Of a DNA stretch of 64,000 bases, positions 41,026 to 52,813 are shown piece after piece. The stretch spans positions 4,154,001 through 4,218,000 of the forward strand of contig JAYWIR010000006.1 of assembly GCA_036172245.1 (NCBI GenBank), given 5' to 3'. Under the pieces are notes generated by a model, which saw nothing but the letters and a program-made list of their open reading frames with translations, ran no database searches and was not told the DNA's origin. Numbering within the stretch: the first letter of the stretch is position 1; the number at the start of each line of letters is the position of its first letter. This DNA is from Raillietiella orientalis. Lineage: Eukaryota. Position numbers and translations under genes: made by a program.

Positions 41026-41186
41026 GAACTACACAAAAATTATAAATCAGAAGAGACAAAGGTGGTGCATTAGGGATTATTGCAACCCACCTCCCTCCCA
41101 CCTTAAGTTTTTCATTGAACATCTGCACACAAAATGCATTCTTGCAAGACAAAGAGAAACCAAGTTGGGAACAAAAAGAATATATT

Positions 41187-42410
41187 TTATTGTTGTGTAG
41201 CAAGCAAAGTAGGATCAGATCTGGATGCCGGAACAGTATGCTGGTTATTGTCTGTAAGCAAACTCATCTGAATAGCTATCTGGAGTTCTTGCTCATCATC
41301 AACCTCCTAAGAAACATTTAATCCCATTCAACCTATAAGCAGACAGGTACTTGCCTGTAAACTAAGCTGAAGTGCTTCTTTCATTTCAGGGTCATCACTA
41401 GAAGAACTTGATAAAGGTACTCTGAACTCTGGAACAACTGGATTAGATACAAGAACCGGATCAGCAGTACAGTCTGGAAGTGTGCCACAAACCAAAAAAA
41501 TGGCATAACCTAAAAGCACCAAATGAATCAGAAGAGACATGAGACCACATACCTTCAAGGTTCAGTTGCCGGAGATATAGGCGTAGATATGTGTTTGATA
41601 TAAGCTGAGGTCCTGAAAGCAGAGAGTTCAGATTAAACCACTGGCATCCCAACTTTCTAATGGTAAACCAATGGTTGCGGTAATTGCAGATAAATGCCTG
41701 TTGCTGACTAAAAAATCAGTTTTATATTCTTTACATTTAATGTTGCAACTTACGTAGGATTCTGGTGGGCAGCTTCAGCACGCTGGTCACAACTCCCCAG
41801 AGGTATTAGTTCTAAACCCCATACGTTCAAAGCTTTACTGATCACTTGCACAGAAAAAAATCCACTATCATCAACATTCCCTGATGGTTCCTAATTGCCA
41901 ATCATGCGCACATGATGTACAGGAAATGTATATACCTTTAAAAAGTTTCTGTATTCATCGGTTTCTGTTCCAAGTTCAGCCATTTGGTAGCGTTCTTCTT
42001 CATCTATTTGCTGTGCTAAAGAAGCCAAATCAACAGCTGTAAAGTAAGGTCCCTGCAAAAGAGCATTCAAGCAATGCTGGGCGCACAGGGAACCTTCTTG
42101 CTGAAATAAATACAATTCAAAATAATTTTTTGCATCTCATGGTCTCGTTAGAAATTTCACAAACTAAAAGCCAATTCTATGAAAAAATGAACTTTTAGAA
42201 CCAGAAAACGTCTGCCCAACATATCTCTGTGATAACAATAATTTATTTAAATTGGATTTGGGGAGCATGCAAAGCGAAATTATGATGATATCATAAAAAC
42301 CAACACGCACACGATACAAAGATAAAATGATACATTTCATGGAAATATAATTCTTTAATGTATAAACATATGGATTTTTCACAAACCTTTTCATGAAAAA
42401 TACTTTCCAT
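41187..42410 (-). CDS. ATXN3: Ataxin-3 (Josephin deubiquitinase with two UIMs), 6 exons
   Basis: MESIFHEK|QEGSLCAQHCLNALLQGPYF, SGNVDDSGFFSVQVISKAL, ICNYRNHWFTIRKLG, WFNLNSLLSGPQLIS (Cys/His/Asn triad intact). UIMs DDPEMKEALQLSLQ and DDEQELQIAIQMSL. TAA at 41187-41189. Confidence 0.95.
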
Positions 42411-45400
42411 TTTATTTTTCTACCCGAAATTCCTTCGCCACATTTAGGAATCTGCTAACAACACAATGCTAGCAAAAGGCATTGATCCTCCTACACTTAT
42501 GACCAAATCACGACTGCATATTTTACTGATAAGTGATATCCAGGAGAGCCAGTTAAATGCACAACTTCTTAAATAAAAAATTAAAATTCTAATTCGGGTG
42601 TAACTTCCACCACTTGATTCACACAAACAATTCTATGTGTACTCGATTCACATTCATGCAACTATGCAACACACAAACCATTCTTCTATATGGAAGCAAC
42701 ACATCAATTTCGCATCATTCTACACTTACAAAGTCTTATGCTGACAAGAACGGGCATAAATAAATAAACGAACAAGTAAGAGAGTAGCAAACGGGATTCT
42801 GCGTAATCCTCAAAGATGTTCCACTTTCATAATTTATTGCTCCGTAAATGTAAACACCACAGCATAATTTCCTTCTCATACATGTTCAAAATTCTTCCAC
42901 AGGCTTGCCATCTTCAACCTGGGAAAGAAAAACCACAAAAGCCCAAAGCCTTTTCATCTTTCTTGTAAGTCTTGAACGTCGCTGACACAACCATATCACT
43001 AAAAATATACATGTTAATAAAATGAAATTTCTTCAAGAAATGATCTAAGAAAACCTCAAACCACTCTCAGTTAAAGCTTTGAAGTAGCCATAAGATCAGA
43101 GGATTCATAAAGTTAATGGAAGTTTATGTTAATTGATTGAGATTTCCATTCACGGAAGTACTAATTGTAGTGCAATCGGAAACTAAATAGTTTCCCTAAT
43201 GACAGCGAATGCTCTTTCAAAAAAAAAGCTCCTTGATATCGTGAGTGACCGTGGCTTGAGACTATGGAAAGCCACTTGGAAAAAAGTATCTGAAGTTTGG
43301 ACTTGAAAGAAAGAATTCATGTAGTGGGAATTCATGCATATTCCGGAATTTTTAGGTGTTCATCCAAAACCCTAGAAGTATACATCTTCAAATAATCATC
43401 GATACATTGCATTAATTTTTCTAAAATAGATTATTGGACATCTTTGAAGTCTTGCAGCTTGCTTCTATTCTGACAGAGGTTCACTTGATATCACTGCACC
43501 CAAGTAATACTATAAAAATAAACATGCTATTTTTTCCATAAGCATCATTTTCTTCTAAATGCAGAGGATACTGGATGAAATAATTCTTTAAACACACAAG
43601 GCAAATATATATGCGGTAGATTTTCTTGCAGAGTTTCAATTATACTTATAAAATGTATCATGTTAGATGTTCAGTACTTGAATTATATATTTAGTCATAG
43701 TTTACTTTCGGGATTTCTCTGTATCTATTCTTTAAGCCTGTTTGTGTGACTTTCATCAAGTTCCTATAATTTCGAAGATCCCACTACTTTAGTAAATGAA
43801 ATTTCCTTTTACGTATATCACGACATCCTGACCTTGCACTGAATTTAATAATAAATGCGGCCACGATACTTTTTGTCTGAGAGTGGGTTCAGTCTTAAAC
43901 TTAACACATGTTTTTTTTATCGGCATGAACTGAAAGATGAATACAAAAATGAATTAAGTTTATATAAATGATGAATAATCATTAATGAAGTATCGAAATA
44001 TCATTTGATACATTCTGAAGGTCAACTCATGGAATTATAGAAAGACTATTAGATGTAGAAGTGTTCATTTTTAAATAAATGCATATAATGTTGCAAGGTG
44101 TAAGATTCTTCACGATACATATCAGAAATAAAAGTAATAGAAATTCCCCCATATTCTTCAGATGAGCAAAATAGAACAAAAGGATCCTGAATAGTGGGAA
44201 TATGAAAAAGATCGGGTTACTAAGGAACCCCGAATCAATTTATTTCTACTCTACGAAGCTTATATGCACTTTTCTTGCTCTTTATTTGAAAGCAATAAGA
44301 AATGTAAACCTATTTTATGCAAATGGATTTATTCATTATAATCATGTGATTTCTGATAATTTCTTTGACTACTCTGTCAAAAGAAGAGATAATTGTTTTG
44401 TTTTGTTTTTCTCCTGAAAATTCTTGGGAATTAAAAAATGAAGTTCAGATAGTGAATGGGTAGCTTTAATGGACATGGAGAGGAACCGTATTCATTTTCC
44501 TTATTTCCTTAAAGAACGTTTTCTGATTCCCCATGCGCGAGGCGATACTAATTCTTAATTACTAACCGGAGTGACAAATGTTGTACGTATGAGAAAAAGC
44601 TTACCCAGCTTGCCTTTCTGAATAAAAGATTTCAAATTGAAAATAATATGATAAACAGCTTTCGATAAGTAGGGAGTAATCGTAATCCACACACATGTTC
44701 TAAATTGAAAACTATAACGAAACAGATGAACTAATTATCATGCGGAGGAAAAAGAGGCGAAATTATGTGAAATTGATATGCCCCATTGGAATCGGTCGTC
44801 TTTTGGCTTCCTGGATGGCAAAGTGGGACTGGCTGCACATGGTGCACTTAACAACCAAGAAGGTTTCTGATATCTCACGTAGAACTACTGAAATGCTTCA
44901 GAGGAATGAAAGGAGACTGGAATCCGTAGGAATGTGACGTAATGGAATATGTCATTAAGTCAGTTTTCTTATGACGATGAGCGATAATAAGCACAAGAAA
45001 TCTCGAATGTCATGTAGCGAGCAAAAAAAAATAAAATGAAAAATGAAAAAGAAAATGCACATATTTCAGGATCATATATTTGATAAAAAAAAAAAAGAAA
45101 GTATATCAGTTAAAGTTAGTTATTTTTATTTTCCGACATTTTCATACCAGAGAATGTTCCAACGAGTAAGACGACTTTTAGAATGATAATGGGAACATAT
45201 AGCAGGTAGAATCTTCAAGTATGTTTAAGGTATTCTCATGGAATGTTTGATAAACTCGGACTGATACTATTTACTATTGGGTACACTTGGCTTGGAAGTT
45301 CCAAAAGAATGCTTTAAGAGAAGACAATGTCATATGGAAGAAATGCAAACTTAAATACCAACCGAAACGACCAGAGTCTTTGAGGCTGCCTCTGCATAAT

Positions 45401-46900
45401 ATAAACAGAAGAAAGACATTAAGTTGAAATCTGGAATCACAACAGGTGTACCATTCTAAAATCTCATTCCAGCTGCTGGAAAGGTTGCACGGATGAAGCA
45501 AGCTGCAAATTCTCGAGTGCAAAACTTTTTTTTCTTTTCATATTATATGTGACCTCGGTTGCACCTTTGTCAACGGGGTAAATTGCCTGATGCATTTGAA
45601 GTAACCCGAGCTAGAAAGTGGAAAAAAGGAAAAACTGTCTAGAGAAAGCTAGTAGCAATGAGCAGCCTTTCTCCGAGTTTGCATCCGCTACCTTTCAAGT
45701 TTGCAAAATGAGCACAGGATTCGAAAACGGCTCTGCCTCACCTAAGTATATAGACTACACTCCAGCACCGAAAGGATTCCAATTCTGTGATTACTTTACA
45801 AATGTGGCTCAATCATCAGACGAGTGTTTTCGGAACTGTTCTTTCAGAGGATGAAAAAAAAAATCCAGCAAAGCCAGAGGTAACGGAAGAGTTCCAGTGA
45901 AAAGCAGTTTGATGATGGATGTAGCCAAAAACCACGATTCACCCGATCTCACATAATTCGATTAAGAACCTTTCAAGAGATCTGTGAATCTTTTATGGAT
46001 CCTCTTTACCTTACTAATTGCGTCAGCCCTGACCTCCGTTATCTTTTATCTCCGTGCAATTCATGTTTTTGTTTTTGTCTTTTTTGATTTCCTCTATTTA
46101 TTATTAGCTGTTGGTATATGCAGGAAAACGACTCTTTCGTAACTGGGTGAGGAGGGCAGCAGCAGAATGCTTGACGTCGGGGAGGACTTTCATCTCCCCA
46201 ACGGTTCGTTTCTCCCTTTGCTCCGGGAGCCGTCGGGCGCGAGGAGGAGTCGCCGCCGGCTAAGCGGCTGACCAACCGCGCGCGTCGCTGTTCCGGGGCG
46301 CCTGGGAGAACCTTCTGGGGTCGCCTCTGCCGTGGATCTGCAGCGGGATCCAGGAATCACGGAAGGGATGATTTTCTGCTTCTGCCACTTCTGGATTCCG
46401 CTTACTGTGACCCCTGGGCACAGAGGTCGTGCAGCCCCGGACAAACCGTCCATCGGCGGCATGCTCGTGGACTCGCTTGAGTGGTAGCTCAGGTAAACCG
46501 GTTCCCTTTAAACAAGCTGTCGTTGAAAAATGTGCGTGATCCAAAAAGGAAAAAGCTGATTACCTTTTTTCGAGTTCTTTCGGTTCCGCCCCCCAACAGA
46601 AACCGTAAATTTCTGGATGGGTAATTGCATCTCTCGCTGCGTCCTGTCAAGTATTAAACGTAATTATTATCACGTCCATTAGTGGGCAGGGCGAGTGAAT
46701 AATTCACAGTAATGAAAGAATTTCGATTATTCTTACGTGAACCCCTCCAGAAGTGACGTTGACAGATGTGTGTTAATGGTGTAGCACTGCCGGGTGATTA
46801 TTCCGAGAAGGAAACGTGAAAAAAATCCGACATGACATTGGAGGGAAGGAAAAAAAGGAGCTAATCAAGGTTAACTTTTATTGATGCTTTGCTGTAGGCT

Positions 46901-47702
46901 TCACGGAACTCGTTTTGGATCCTCCGGCACTTGGGTGTTAACATCATCAGTAGTTTGTGTTAAGGAATTCCAATCAATGTTTTCGAAGTTTATCGTGATG
47001 TACTGATACTGTGGTGTCATCCGCCTGTGGAAACATAAGTTTTATCCTGAAAACATATTTCTCACCTATAAATCACTCCACTCATATCAAACATAATTTT
47101 AGCAGCTTTAGTTTCACTCTTGTGTTTGTGTTTATCAGACAAATATATGACCTGCCGGATGCCGGATTGAATGATGATCTTGGCACATTCATTGCAGGGA
47201 AAGAGGGCTACATACATAGTGCAACCCTTCACATCAGAACTGTTCTTATTCAGAACAGCATTCATCTCAGCATGACACACTGAATGAAAATCACTCTGCT
47301 TGCTGGAACATTTTAACATTCTTACCATACATGTACTTGGTGTCAAGTTGTGAAGGTGCACTTTTTGCCCAGGGTAATGTGTCATCACTGCAACCTCTTG
47401 GCATTCCATTATATCCAATGCCTACAATTCTTTTATCGCTATCTACTATACAAGCACCAACTTGAGAACAAGGATCTTTACTGCGCATGGCAGAAAGAAA
47501 GGCTATGGCCATGAAATATTCATCCCACTGTAAGTGGTCAGAGCGTTTCTTGTTAATGTCCCTTCAGGCTCCTGGTAGTTTCTCAAGGGAAAAATTTTGG
47601 AAAATACCTTTGCAATTCAGGTTTCAACTGCATGTCATTTTCGTTTTTGTTTTCTACATCAGTTTGCAAACCATGACTTTTCTCCATGTTTGACTTTTCC
47701 AT
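46901..47702 (-). CDS. DCTD: dCMP deaminase, 4 exons
   Basis: [87 protein letters not shown] (zinc motifs HAE and PCxxC). The first ATG after an in-frame stop is 47702. TGA at 46901-46903, with AATAAA ~18 nt downstream. Confidence 0.96.
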
Positions 47703-49567
47703 AACCAGTCAGATAAGCACAATATCATCAAAGAGTATGGCCTGAAGCCTTGTGCAGTATGGTGCACAGTATCTGCCAGTTTAACAAATACACTTTTATT
47801 TATTGGCATTTTGAACACAAAAAAGAACAAGTACAAATATACTGGGAATCTTAGTGAGTCAGGGTTCATTTGGAATCATCACCCTGTGTTCTTGGTGCTA
47901 ACCTTGTGCAAGGTAATCACATCAAGCACTTGTTTCCTTCGACAGATGTACGAAGAAATCAAGGCTGGAAGCACACACATGTTCACGGATTGTGTACAAT
48001 CAGTGCGACAACCGTATGCATATTCGAATTGGAACCCAATCCACTTCCCCAAACATCCTTGCAATATAATGAATTTGAATACATTGGCTTCATCGAATCA
48101 AAAATTTACGTTAGCAACGAAATCGTTACGTTAGAATCATCCGAAACTGTCAACTTCAACGAACCACTCTATCGTTGAAAGCCCAAGTTATGTACTTGCG
48201 AATCAACCTGTTTCACATAGCAAGATCGGGTCCGTGCCAAGAGTCAACTGCCTCCTCCGAGCGAGCATGCGTGCCGACGGTCTTCCCGTCGGGAAGCCTC
48301 TGGCGAGCAACCGAAGTCGTCTCGACCTCCCGAGACGGATTCCAGAAGTTCGCTTTTTGCATATGCTTTCCTGTGAGCATGCAGGATCCCGGCCTGCATC
48401 CTGGACTGCAGACGCCGCCGTAAGCAGTTTGGTCCACCTGCGGACGTCCGCGTGTGGGACCATCCTCCTAGCAGCTTCCGGATGACGGTGAGGTCTCCTT
48501 TGCTCTCTAACTGACGTGTCCAACGCCGGAGCACCCCCACCTCAGCAGACGTCTTGGACACGCCTCGCCGGTTCGTCGTGGAGGACGCGCGGGAAGCAGC
48601 GTACCACCTTGGATGTGAGTTACGCAGCATAAGACCCTTGGACTCATCCTTCCACGAATCGTCCATCGAAGACACCGGCCGTCGGTTACTGTCCCGCATT
48701 TCGTTCACTCCTTAGCAGAATTACGACTTCAGCAGAATTTCTTCTCAGCTGAGCAGGACGGAACATTCTGTTCAGCTTCCTTCCCTCTCGCCTTCAGCAT
48801 TCAAAGGAAGGAGCGACTTCGTTGGTAACCGTCAGCTTCTGTCAATTTATCCCTTATCGTCCAGTTTTCTTCTCATAAATGACGAGTGCAGGTGTTGAAA
48901 ACTCGATCACTTGGTTTGTTCTCCCGAGACGGTATGGAGTATATGAATGAACCCCCCTCCCCCCTCCCCGTGAACAGACTGAAGAATTTGTATACAAATT
49001 CACACCTGACACACCCTGCTCGGAGTTCGTAGGGCGGTCGCGCAAGGGTCGTGCAAACTTGTTATCGTTCACCTAGTGAGGCTGAAATTGCTAGTGCTGC
49101 TGAAATTTTCGTTGCTTTTTGGAACATTTGCTTGGACTCCGGGATCGTGCGTTTTCGAGAGAACGTCTCGATCGGAGGAGAAACAAAGGAAAACTGGTGC
49201 GCGGGAGGTGGAAACAATTCGGCTGGAGCAAAAGATGCCCCAGTTGAAGAGATTGTTTTCCGTTCGGCTTCCTTCTTACTAACTTGCACCCATCGCTGAT
49301 CCTGAGGAGCGTCCCTCCGCAGCGGATCGCAAAAAAGAAAAGAAAAGAAAAGAGAGGCACTCGCTTTCACGTCAGGCGCCCTGCCATGCATGAGGGGTCC
49401 TGTTCTTGAGGATGGCGTCAAGATTGTCCCCAGGTCCGACAAGCGGTGGGGTAAATTTATTTAAACAAACTTTCAACTTTTAACAGACAACTGTCTGTCT
49501 TTTCTGTCATTTGGATCTTTTCATCACGAACAGCTGTACTGCTTGTTTGTCCACTACCCTTTTCACT

Positions 49568-50610
49568 TCACTTGCTCATTTTCCGTCTTTTGGTATTGTT
49601 CCTTTTGCCTGCGCGTATTTGTCCATCTTCATAAGGATGTAGGGATGCCGGCACTCTTCGTCCGAATGTGTGCATCTTTGCCCTTCTGATCACAATTACT
49701 GTGATGAAGAGGGCAAGCGTGGTAAGTGCCATCGGGTTGTAAAAGGGAACGATTCCTGTCCCCTGAAACAAACCCGCCAGAATTTTCATCTTCTGTCTAG
49801 GCCTGCCTAGACAGAAGATGAAAATTGCTTGCCAATCGGGTCGCAGCGTGGGGCAGGTGAACACATGGAGCTGCTTTTCTTCACACGCCCTGCAGAGTCC
49901 GTCCTGGAACTTCCCGGTACAGTGCCTCAGTTTGGAACCACTCAGGATCCCTCCGTGATAGAACAACAGGAGGTCGTCCTGAGTGTCTGGAGGAAGGTCA
50001 CTCCTCAAGAGTGCAGCCCCTACCTCCTGCACGTTTGCGTGAGCAAGTCCGTAGCGGCTCGAGGCTGCAACGAGGGCATCGTCGTCTTGATGTTTCTTCA
50101 TCATTTCTCGCTTGATGTTGTGGATTTGGTCATCAGCAACCACGCCTGCTGCGGCGGCTGTTTCCAAAGCTCCCGGGTTCTGTGGTTGAACCTCCCTTTC
50201 ATCTCCATGGTGAAGCGAAACACGTGCGCTGGGTGCCGGTTCCCACTGGTGGAGAACTGTTCGCAATGCTCTATCCTTAATCTTGGCTTCTGGTGTATCC
50301 ACTTCACAGTCTCTCTGGGGATGGGGTCAAAGTGAGGTATCAACAAAGCCAGCTCTTCTTCCCATATCCCTTTGCTCCTAGGCACGATCTTCATTGGTGA
50401 AGCCTCACCAGTGCCTTTTTGCGTTTCCAAGTGGGATCGATGTTCACCCACTCTCCAGTGGCGCCTAACAACGCAGACATCAGGCCTCTCGAGTCGGTCG
50501 TTCAACAACGACCGTCTTCTTCCCCAGGCAAAGTGTCCGTCCATTTCACCCAGCACGATGGAGTCCAGAACGTGTAAGGAAAAGGGTAGAAGTGTTTTTG
50601 AGGGGGTGGA
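49568..50610 (-). mobile_element. Degenerate 3' part of an L1/Tx1-like non-LTR retrotransposon ORF2 (zf-RVT-like)
   Basis: Frameshifted ORFs: HFAWGRRRSLL (post-RT FxW-type motif), then LPPDTQDDLLLFYHGGILSGSKLRH...CRACEEKQLHVFTCPTLRPDW (CxxC..H..C..W zinc knuckle). Minus-strand AATAAA near 49456-49461. Motif recognition only. Confidence 0.62.
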
Positions 50611-50628
50611 AGAGGGCCTTTCGTAAAG

Positions 50629-51740
50629 GTGAAATTCCGCGAAGACAACCAACCAATTGCCTTGTGGGCTCTGCGTCGTGAGGGTGGCCTTGGCCTCGCC
50701 CTGCTGACTCTGGAGCACCTAGAGCTCCAGTGGAGGACGTTTGTCCTAGAGGAGAAGCTTTGCAGCACGAACTGGTGCGAGCCCGCAACATACCTGGTCG
50801 AGCGAGCCACCGATTACACGGGACTGCCTTCGCTCATGACGCGGCGGTGCAGACGCAACGTGACCCGCCGCGGACTGGAGCTTCGGCGGATGGCCAAGCT
50901 GACCAGAACCAACACCTAGATTTCCTGCCAGTTCGCGAATGGTAGCGCCTGGTTGCAAGGAACCGTGTATCTGCACGTTTTGAGCCAAGAACAACGAAGC
51001 GACCCCAGAGATGCGGCAGCGACTGCTGCACCCCATCTGCAACAACCGCTCGCTGCAGGACGTCATCATGCAGCCCACCACGTATGCGTGGGCGCAAAGA
51101 ACCTCCCTAGCCGCGGCACTGCCTTCCCAGTGAAATGGGAGGTCAGCTGCGAAATCCGTCAGAACACGAGGGAACTAGGTAGTTGGACCACCGACCAGCT
51201 CACGGACGCTGCGACCCCAAGTACCCCACCGAAGGGACTATCCCTGCTGGCAATCCTACAGGAATACCTCGAGTGGCCCTCAGCGCTAAAGAACAAGCGG
51301 ACCCTTCCCCTGAAGTGGCAGGATTCGGCACTTCTGGTGTTGCACTGGGGTCTCCCGTGCAATGTCCGCTGGTCTCTCTGGGAGAGCTGTGGAGCTGTGG
51401 GTCCCGACTGCGGCAGGTGCGAAGAACGAGAATCCCAGCTCCCGCACCTGCTTGCAGCTGTGTTGCCCTCCGGCCACTGTGCTTGACGGTCCTTGGTGCA
51501 GCGACGCACAATCCCAGCGACGTGATGAAGCGCCTCTTCGTGCACGATGCCCTTTCGCATCCCCAGCAGCTCTCTTCTGCTGCCTACGTGGGATTGGGGC
51601 GGCCTGGAGCTACGCGAGAGGAGGATGGCGCCATCTGCTTCACCCCGCGCTTCCTGAGGATGGTAGCAAGATGGCTCCACCTGGGGCATACTCGGATGGA
51701 ACTTGTCGGCCTCCTGGAAAGAATGCGGAAGACTCCCCCC
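50629..51740 (+). mobile_element. Degenerate 3' part of an L1/Tx1-like non-LTR retrotransposon ORF2
   Basis: LRREGGLGLALLTLEHLELQW (post-RT GGLGL motif) and PLKWQDSALLVLHWGLPCN...CGRCEERESQLPHLL..C.AL.PL (zf-RVT-like), broken by stops and frameshifts. Confidence 0.7.
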
Positions 51741-52813
51741 AGAGGACGGAGATCTCTTTCTGCACCCCTCAGAGTTTTTTTTCTATTGATTTTCTTTTTA
51801 TTTTTGTTTGCCCCTTCCCCTCCTTCGCTGCCGAGGCGAACCTCACCGTCCTGCGTGCCGGTTACTCGGCAGGTTCCGAACATTTGCGGACGATGTAGAG
51901 CCAATGACCCTACATATGTAGCGAGGAGGATGCGCGCAGGAACGCAGCAATGTGACACTCCGTTCTTTCCTACTACTCAGAAGCTTCTTAACTGGAGCTG
52001 GACATTCCGTTTTCTCCAACGCTAGGAGACCAAGGCCCGACTACTAGGGCTGTACGGAGGTGAGAAACAAAAAAACAGACTCTTGCGGTTAGGCAGTGAA
52101 GTTCGTGGGGAGGCAGGAGATCCAGTCGTCGCCGTCGTTGCACAAGCCGTTGACAAGTCAACAGTCCACTCGCAGTCCATTGCAGGAGGCGATAATGATG
52201 GCGTTGCGGCTCCCGCGTCCCGTTCCGGCGGCCCTTTCGTAAGGCAGAAAGAGGGAACGACGGAGGAGAGGTGCGCTGGTCTGCTCCGTCTCGCGCCGTT
52301 TCTTGCGAGCTTCGGGGCTACCGCCAGGAGGGCCGTTCCGCGGAGGTGCCATCGGAGAGGCGCTGGTTCGACAGTCTGACCCCGCGTCGCGTTTCCTTGG
52401 CGGGCGGCACCCGCGCGACCGCGCCGCAATGGGGAGGAAGCGCGCGTCATAGCCCAAGGGTCGTCGTGCCCGCCCAGTGCGGCGCGGGCTGCGCCGGTGA
52501 CTCCTTGTGGTGGTGGTCTCGGCCTCCCTGTCACTGCCGCGCGTGCCTCAGCCACGGTCCACCCTCGCACGCTATTCCGGGCTGCGCAAGGGTTGGAGGG
52601 GAGGGACGGCCGCCGCCCCTACCCCCACCTGCTGACCCGCTCCCCGACCCTCCGCTTTCCGGAGGGAACCCCTCACATGGGTCTTGCGTGAGCGTCACTC
52701 GACTTTGTTTTCATCCCGTGGGCGTAGCCACCTCCGAGAGGGAAGGCGGGAGGAGGTGTCCGAGGGCGTCCAGGTCTGCACTGGAGAGCTCGTAGCGAGC
52801 CTCCGGCGGAGTG

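Noticed and set aside
46039..46544. GC-rich patch with short ORFs downstream of DCTD
   Set aside because: No motif or supportable gene model.
48203..48708. GC-rich ORFs at the left edge of the island, possibly another TE fragment
   Set aside because: No diagnostic motif strong enough to call.
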